From Octopus sinensis (taxonomy: Eukaryota), in the NCBI RefSeq assembly GCF_006345805.1, contig NC_043023.1:4340001-4404000 (forward strand): a stretch of DNA of 64,000 nt. Reading direction: 5' to 3'. This document shows positions 63,285 to 64,000 of this stretch, one piece after another. The notes below the pieces were generated by a model, which saw only the letters and a program-made list of their open reading frames with translations, ran no database searches and had not been told where the DNA came from. Within the stretch, counting starts at the first letter, position 1; each line of letters opens with the position of its first letter. The position numbers and the translations under genes were made by a program.

Positions 63285-64000
63285 CTCTAGACAGTGACAT
63301 AACAGGATGTTTGGTTCCATGGTCGATTAAAGTGTTCCAGTTTGTGGTCATTTCGTCCATTATTCAATTACTATCACGGGTGTCTGTGTTTTTTGAAAAA
63401 CCTACTGAATGTGATTTTGAGGGGGATTTGTCTTATTTCTAGCAAGTGAAGCAACAAACCTAGTGGGGCACCCGTTATTAGGGTTACGGAGACAAAACAA
63501 ATATACTTTCAGCCAGCAGTTTCGCATCGTAGCCCGTTTCGCTTGTTAACTTTTAATGGTCGCTACCAGCCTTTAAATGCGTGAAGCTCAGTTTCTCTGT
63601 TGTTGGGCCGAGAAAGCCTATGGTGAAAGGCATTTCAGCTATGACCATCATGCTTTTCCCTTGGTGCAGTGCTTTTGGGATCGCATTGTTTGGTATGTTC
63701 TTTACTAAGACAGTAGTGTGATTTGAAGGTGCTATAGTTATTTCTAGCAAGTTGTAGAGGCTCTCGTTGGCTCGTGTATATAAGATGGTTGGATGCAGTA
63801 AACTGATGTCTGGCTGAGTAACTGCGACTCTGTTTCCATTTCCAGCGGTATTGATCGTACTTTAGCGTCAGGGTTTGACTCGTTTCTGTGCAAGTATCAT
63901 TATTGCTGCAACGATAACTATTTTTTGAGAGGTTTCGAATCGTGCTTAGTTCAATTGATCGGTCCCTCCTTCCAAATCTGATTTTCTATCTACGATAGAA

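Overview
AT-rich, microsatellite- and transposon-dense eukaryotic DNA. The SINE, LINE and microsatellite content suggests a coleoid cephalopod (Octopus-like); this is an inference. The only recognisable host gene is the 3' part of Hakai/CBLL1 (+ strand): a 62-nt RING exon at 1486-1547, a 10.8-kb intron, and a large last exon at 12366-14724 that carries the zinc-binding HYB segment and a roughly 730-aa Q/P/H/G-rich tail. The rest of the window is mostly decayed mobile DNA: RTE, CR1 and Penelope-like (PLE) retroelements, Tc1/mariner/maT transposons, MITEs, tRNA-derived SINEs and a tRNA-Phe pseudogene. It also holds a 2.5-kb minisatellite and a possible promoter near 52.3-53.4 kb. The most striking recurring structure is a set of short elements, most of them docked in or next to (TA)n tracts, that carry minimal type-I hammerhead-ribozyme-like cores (CUGANGA-stem II-GAAAC-short stem III-UH). 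These usually sit inside fold-back palindromes or inverted duplications, from about 30 bp up to 2.5 kb. All alignments, folds and counts were done by eye. Perfect palindromes could also be assembly artefacts.
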